Source: Syntrophales bacterium (GTDB taxonomy: Bacteria; Desulfobacterota; Syntrophia; Syntrophales; UBA6807). Taken from it: a stretch of DNA of 64,000 nucleotides. The stretch lies in assembly GCA_040767195.1 (NCBI GenBank), contig JAXGPA010000002.1, positions 306,111-370,110 on the forward strand, read 5' to 3'. Positions 59,721-64,000 of this stretch are shown here, one piece after another (position 1 is the stretch's first letter; every line of letters begins with the position of its first letter). The position numbers were made by a program, and so were the translations under genes. The notes below the pieces were generated by a model, which saw only the letters and a program-made list of their open reading frames with translations, searched no databases and was not told the origin of the DNA.

Positions 59721-61352
59721 ATGAACCATAATCCCATTCTCAAGCCAGGCCTGAACTGCCTCGACATTTACGCCGCGGAAGCTTCCGGACTTCTCGTGGA
59801 TGCCCGGGATTTCTACGGCGCCGTCGCCCGGGCGGCCCTGGGGGCGCGAAAATACATCCTCATGGCGGGCTGGCAGTTCGAAAGCCGCTTTCGCCTCCTT
59901 CGGGGCACCGACGAAGAGGCCTTCGGCGGCGACAGCCGTTTTCTCCCCTTCCTGACAAGTCTCTGCGAAAAAAACCCCGACCTCCACATCTACATCCTGG
60001 CCTGGGACTTCACGTTCCTCTTCTCCCTGAACCGCCAGTGGTTCCAGAAATGGATTTTCGAAACCTGGGGAGGCCACGAGCGAATCCACTTCCTCGACGA
60101 CGACTGCCATGCCCTGGGGGCGAGCCATCACCAGAAACTTGTCGTCATCGACGGGACCCTCGCTTTTGCCGGGGGCATGGATCTCTGCGCCGGACGTTGG
60201 GACGACCGCCGCCACCTGGGAGAAAACCCCGAACGGGTGGACCCCTCGGGCCAGGCCTTCGACCCCGTCCACGACGTACAGGCCCACGTGACCGGCCCGG
60301 CCGCCCGGGCCCTGGCCGATCTTTTCACCCAGCGGTGGCTCGCCGCCGGGGGAACCCCCCTGACCCTGCCGCCCCCGTCGGGAAGGCCGCCGGCTTTCGA
60401 CGATGCCCTGCCGATAGCCATTCCCCGGGTGGCCCTCAGCCGGACGCGGGCCCGGACCCTCCTGCCCCCGCAGGACGAAATCCGGGAAATCCGGCAACTG
60501 TACCAGGATGCCGTCGCGGCCGCTGAAAAGTCCATCTACATCGAAAACCAGTACTTTACCTCCGGGGCGGTGCACCGGGCCCTCCTGGAGCGCCTGGCCG
60601 ACGAAAACCGGCCGAAACTTCAGGTGGTGCTCGTTCTTCCCCAGCGGGCCCACACGCTCATGGAACAGGCCTCCCTGGCCCACCTCCAGAAGAAGCTTCT
60701 CGATTCCCTCAAAAAGGCGGCGAAACGGGGCGGGCACCGCCTCGGCCTCTACAGCCCCGTTTCAGGCACCGGACCGTCGGAGGTTCAGGTCTACATCCAT
60801 TCCAAGGTCCTCGTCGTCGACGACCGCTTCATCACCGTGGGATCGGCCAACACGACCAACCGCAGCATGGGCCTGGACACGGAACTGAATCTCTCGTGGG
60901 AGGCCGCCCCGGACGAGGGCGAATCGATCCGTTCGATCCGCGAGGCCCGGCTGAGCCTCCTGGCGGAGCACCTGGGGAACGGGGACATACCGGAAGAGGG
61001 GGATCTGGTTGAATTCCTGGACCGCCGGGCCGAGGCCGGGGATACCCGGCTGCGGCGCCACGGCGGGGACGTCGAGGATGTGGCGCGCTGGCTGGACGAA
61101 CTCGGGGCTACGGAAATCGCCGATTCGGAAAAGCCCTTCCTGGACGAGCAGATCTACGAAACGGTCTCCCGGGACCCCTCCGGGTTTTTCGCCCGGGGCC
61201 TGACGGCGCTCAACGGCATCCTTGATAACGGCCAGGCCGGAAGCTCGCCGGGCCGGATGGCCCGGTTCCGGCGCTTCCTGCGGTATGTCTTCCCCCTGGC
61301 CGCCCTGGCCGCCGGTCTCGCCCTCTTCTGGCTTTACTTCTCAGGAAACTGA
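59721..61352 (+). CDS. Phospholipase D-family protein with C-terminal TM helix
   Basis: Two HKD motifs HHQKLVVID and IHSKVLVVD, ENQYF, GSAN..NRSMGLDTE. Confidence 0.9.
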   Translation: MNHNPILKPGLNCLDIYAAEASGLLVDARDFYGAVARAALGARKYILMAGWQFESRFRLLRGTDEEAFGGDSRFLPFLTSLCEKNPDLHIYILAWDFTFLFSLNRQWFQKWIFETWGGHERIHFLDDDCHALGASHHQKLVVIDGTLAFAGGMDLCAGRWDDRRHLGENPERVDPSGQAFDPVHDVQAHVTGPAARALADLFTQRWLAAGGTPLTLPPPSGRPPAFDDALPIAIPRVALSRTRARTLLPPQDEIREIRQLYQDAVAAAEKSIYIENQYFTSGAVHRALLERLADENRPKLQVVLVLPQRAHTLMEQASLAHLQKKLLDSLKKAAKRGGHRLGLYSPVSGTGPSEVQVYIHSKVLVVDDRFITVGSANTTNRSMGLDTELNLSWEAAPDEGESIRSIREARLSLLAEHLGNGDIPEEGDLVEFLDRRAEAGDTRLRRHGGDVEDVARWLDELGATEIADSEKPFLDEQIYETVSRDPSGFFARGLTALNGILDNGQAGSSPGRMARFRRFLRYVFPLAALAAGLALFWLYFSGN

Positions 61353-61457
61353 GGGCTTCCTCTTTTTTGTGTTCCCTTCCGTCTCACACTTTCCTTCTTT
61401 TCGGATTGACGGGAAACAGGGAGCCTTCCCTCCCGCCGCGCCTCTTTCGCCCCTTCA

Positions 61458-62243
61458 TCAGGGGAACATCCCTGCCGGGATGGTCCCTTTTTCCGCAACG
61501 GGTCGTCTTTCCAGAGAGAGGTCGGCTCGAACCGGAAGGTGATCCGATGCTTCTCGTGAGCCCCCGCTTCGCCAGGCCGTCGCCTTCCTCAGGGCGGAAG
61601 GGGGGTGAACCCAGATGCGGTCAAAGGCGAGGAGAGGAAATACGGCGGGATAGGTCCGCGGTGCCGGAGGAAAACCGAAGATGGCATGCATTTTGCGATA
61701 GGCACGGCGGGGCAGGAACCACACATTGAAATCCCCCATGAGGATAATGAAACGGCCGTCCGGCGGGTTCAGCCTTTCCAGGAGGCTTTTCAACTGGGAT
61801 CTCCGCTCCCTGACGCGAAGACCCAGGTGGGTCACCAGGACCCGGACCTCGAGGTCCCGGAATGAAAGGTCCACGTCCAGGACCCCGCGGGGTTCAAAGG
61901 GCCGCACCGTGAGATCGAAGCGCCTCACCCGGAGAACGGGAAACCGCGTGAGAAGAACATTTCCGAAGTGCCAGGGCGCCCTGTACAGGGTCGGACCCAG
62001 AACAGGTTCCATCCCGGTCATTTCCCGGAGATAGCCGGCGGTGAATTTCTTGCCGCTTTCCAGGGAAAACGTCGCCTCCTGCAGGCCGACAACGTCGCAG
62101 TTCATCTCCTGGATCACCCTGAGGCATCTTTGAGGAATCTGCCGGGAATCCCGGCCCGTCCAGCCGTGGACGTTATACGTGGCGGCGGCCATGGGACGGG
62201 AGGAACCGGTGCCCTCCCGGAATGCCGGTGATTCACGCGTCAT
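61458..62243 (-). CDS. Endonuclease/exonuclease/phosphatase (EEP) family protein
   Basis: TYNVH, LQE, GN..L, THLGL, GDFN, DRIW, SDHLP; ATG at 62243 overlaps the upstream stop. Confidence 0.9.
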   Translation of the reverse strand: MTRESPAFREGTGSSRPMAAATYNVHGWTGRDSRQIPQRCLRVIQEMNCDVVGLQEATFSLESGKKFTAGYLREMTGMEPVLGPTLYRAPWHFGNVLLTRFPVLRVRRFDLTVRPFEPRGVLDVDLSFRDLEVRVLVTHLGLRVRERRSQLKSLLERLNPPDGRFIILMGDFNVWFLPRRAYRKMHAIFGFPPAPRTYPAVFPLLAFDRIWVHPPSALRKATAWRSGGSREASDHLPVRADLSLERRPVAEKGTIPAGMFP

Positions 62244-62952
62244 TTTCCACATCCTTGAACAGGTGCCTCTTGAGAAGGAAGAGCAGGATAAGGGCAAGGG
62301 CAAAGATGCCGGCAATGATAAGAATGTTACGAACGCAGGGATGGACAACAAAATCCTTCAGGCTGCTGGCAAAGAGGGTAATGACAACAATCCCAGGTGT
62401 CATTCCCAGGATCGTCCCGATGACATAATCAATGAACCGGATGTGCGACGCCCCGGCCACGAGGTTGATGACGGAAAACGGCGCCACCGGTATGATTCTC
62501 AGGGCACTTATGGTGAGAATGCCGCGCCGCGCGATCACCCGACTCACCCGGTTCACCCTTTCCCCCGTGATCCGGTGGAGCGTGTCCCCGCCTAGGAAGG
62601 CGCCTATAAGATAAAGCAGGATGGCACTGGAAAGAGCTCCCAGGGTAGCGTTAACAAACCCCTGAAGGGGATCGAAAAGCAGCGCCGTGGCGGCGATGAG
62701 CAGTGTGACGGGAAAGACCAGAAGCCCACCGAGCATGAAACCGGCGACAACGATGAGCGGTGCGGCGGGGGAAACTCGAACCGGTTCCGCCCAGGCGACC
62801 AGGGCATCCAGGTCGAGAATGTCCCCAAGGGGCGACCAGCGCCAGAGAATGGCAAGTACGACAAGAATGGCGAGAAAGAGAATAAATCCCTTAAGTTTAC
62901 CCTGACCGGACAGCCAGCCTTCCCGGGATACGTAGCGATCGATATCGGCCAT
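62233..62952 (-). CDS. TVP38/TMEM64 (VTT/DedA) family membrane protein
   Basis: FPVTLLI, LRIIPVAPF..INLVAGAS, GTILGMTPG. Confidence 0.88.
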   Translation of the reverse strand: MADIDRYVSREGWLSGQGKLKGFILFLAILVVLAILWRWSPLGDILDLDALVAWAEPVRVSPAAPLIVVAGFMLGGLLVFPVTLLIAATALLFDPLQGFVNATLGALSSAILLYLIGAFLGGDTLHRITGERVNRVSRVIARRGILTISALRIIPVAPFSVINLVAGASHIRFIDYVIGTILGMTPGIVVITLFASSLKDFVVHPCVRNILIIAGIFALALILLFLLKRHLFKDVENDA

Positions 62953-63427
62953 CGGAATATTTCAGTCCCTGTAACTCACGATCACCGTCGCCGGACGGTG
63001 ATGTTCATAAGAAAATTTCAGTCCTCAAAATGGCAACCATCTAATATTTCTTATATTTCAAAACAAAAAGGCCATAAATGGGGTGGTTTGTGTATTTGTC
63101 CTGACCATCCCCCGTCCTGTCGCCCTGGGGAACGGAGACCCGCAAATAGTCGCAGGCCTGGGGCTCGCATTGAATCATCACCTCCTCCCGCCGGGGAATC
63201 CACCGCCGGACGAGGGGCTCGGTCTCACGGCTGATCCTGTGGGTCTTTTTCAGGTCGCCCGTCCGAACGGCAACATTGCCCTGGAAGAAGCGAAAACGCG
63301 GGAAAAACGACCATACAGGCTCCGCCCCATTGCCCTCCGGCCGACGTCCCTGTAGAATTGTCACAGTTCCAGTTCACCAATATGGCCGGCGTACTTTTCG
63401 ACACCGGTTTCGAACAGAAGGAGGACC

Positions 63428-64000
63428 ATGAGCGAGAAAAAGAAAAGAGCGAGACCCTTCTCCCGGTCCGATTACGATGCCTTCATTTTCGACATGGACG
63501 GTGTTTTGACCAGAACGGCAAGGGTGCACGCCGCCGCGTGGAAAGAACTTTTCGACGAGTACCGGAAGCGCACCGCAGGTACCTGGCAGCCTTTCGACCC
63601 CGACGAAGACTACCGCCGTTATGTCGACGGAAAGCCCCGGTATGACGGCATCAGGAGTTTCCTGGCTTCCCGGGGAATCGAGATTCCTTTCGGCACCCCC
63701 GAAGACGATCGGGAAAAGGAAACGATCTGCGGCCTCGGAAACCGGAAAAACGCCTTCTTTCGGGAACACCTGAAAAAGCAGGGTGTCGAGACATACGGAC
63801 CAGCCATTGACCTGGTCAGAAAACTCAGGACCGCCGGCTTCGGGACGGCGGTCATCTCGGCGAGCAGGAACTGCGAACGGGTCCTCCGGGAAGCGGGCCT
63901 TCTGGATCTCTTCGATGTCCGGGTGGACGGCGTGGCCTCGGAAAAGCTCGGCCTGAAAGGGAAACCCGATCCCGATATCTTTCTTGAAGCGGCCCGCCGT
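63428..64000 (+). CDS. Beta-phosphoglucomutase-family HAD hydrolase (5' part; runs off window end)
   Basis: Manual translation MSEKKKRARPFSRSDYDAFIFDMDGVLTRTARVHAAAWKELFD...VDGKPRYDG...ISASRN...GKPDPDIF; SD AAGGAGG. Confidence 0.9.
   Translation, partial: MSEKKKRARPFSRSDYDAFIFDMDGVLTRTARVHAAAWKELFDEYRKRTAGTWQPFDPDEDYRRYVDGKPRYDGIRSFLASRGIEIPFGTPEDDREKETICGLGNRKNAFFREHLKKQGVETYGPAIDLVRKLRTAGFGTAVISASRNCERVLREAGLLDLFDVRVDGVASEKLGLKGKPDPDIFLEAARR

Overview
GC-rich bacterial chromosome segment, most consistent with a Desulfobacterota/Syntrophales-type anaerobe (inference from protein sequences and gene content). Bases 1-17.5 kb (minus strand) hold the core translation/transcription cluster: tRNA Thr-Tyr-Gly-Thr, rpmG, tRNA-Trp, secE, nusG, rplKAJL, rpoBC, rpsLG, tuf, rpsJ, rplCDWB and partial rpsS. 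fusA is missing from its usual place. Bases 17.6-50 kb are mixed housekeeping and accessory genes: an amrB-amrA fusion and a separate amrS, a menK-like/selA/rluD/pgeF operon, def, a TAXI-TRAP transporter with an amine-dehydrogenase-family gene, a CDF transporter, PolX, a divergent YchF paralog, an OrpR-like sigma54 module with readable promoter/UAS/IHF sites, pcm, a superoxide reductase and an atypical cold-shock-domain gene. Bases 50-64 kb are a glycogen/trehalose/stress block (glgX-treY-treZ-malQ, REC-HisKA_3 kinase, PLD, EEP, VTT, HAD). No CRISPR array, rRNA, integrase or transposase was seen. The most notable observations are: an EF-Tu with three substitutions in the aminoacyl-binding pocket; a methylmenaquinone-methyltransferase-like gene translationally coupled to selA; a sigma54 Fe-S/metal module lacking the usual ORP ATPases; an unassigned structured 5' leader before a methyltransferase; and a TAXI-TRAP/amine dehydrogenase operon of unknown substrate. 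All family calls come from motif recognition by eye; no database search was run.
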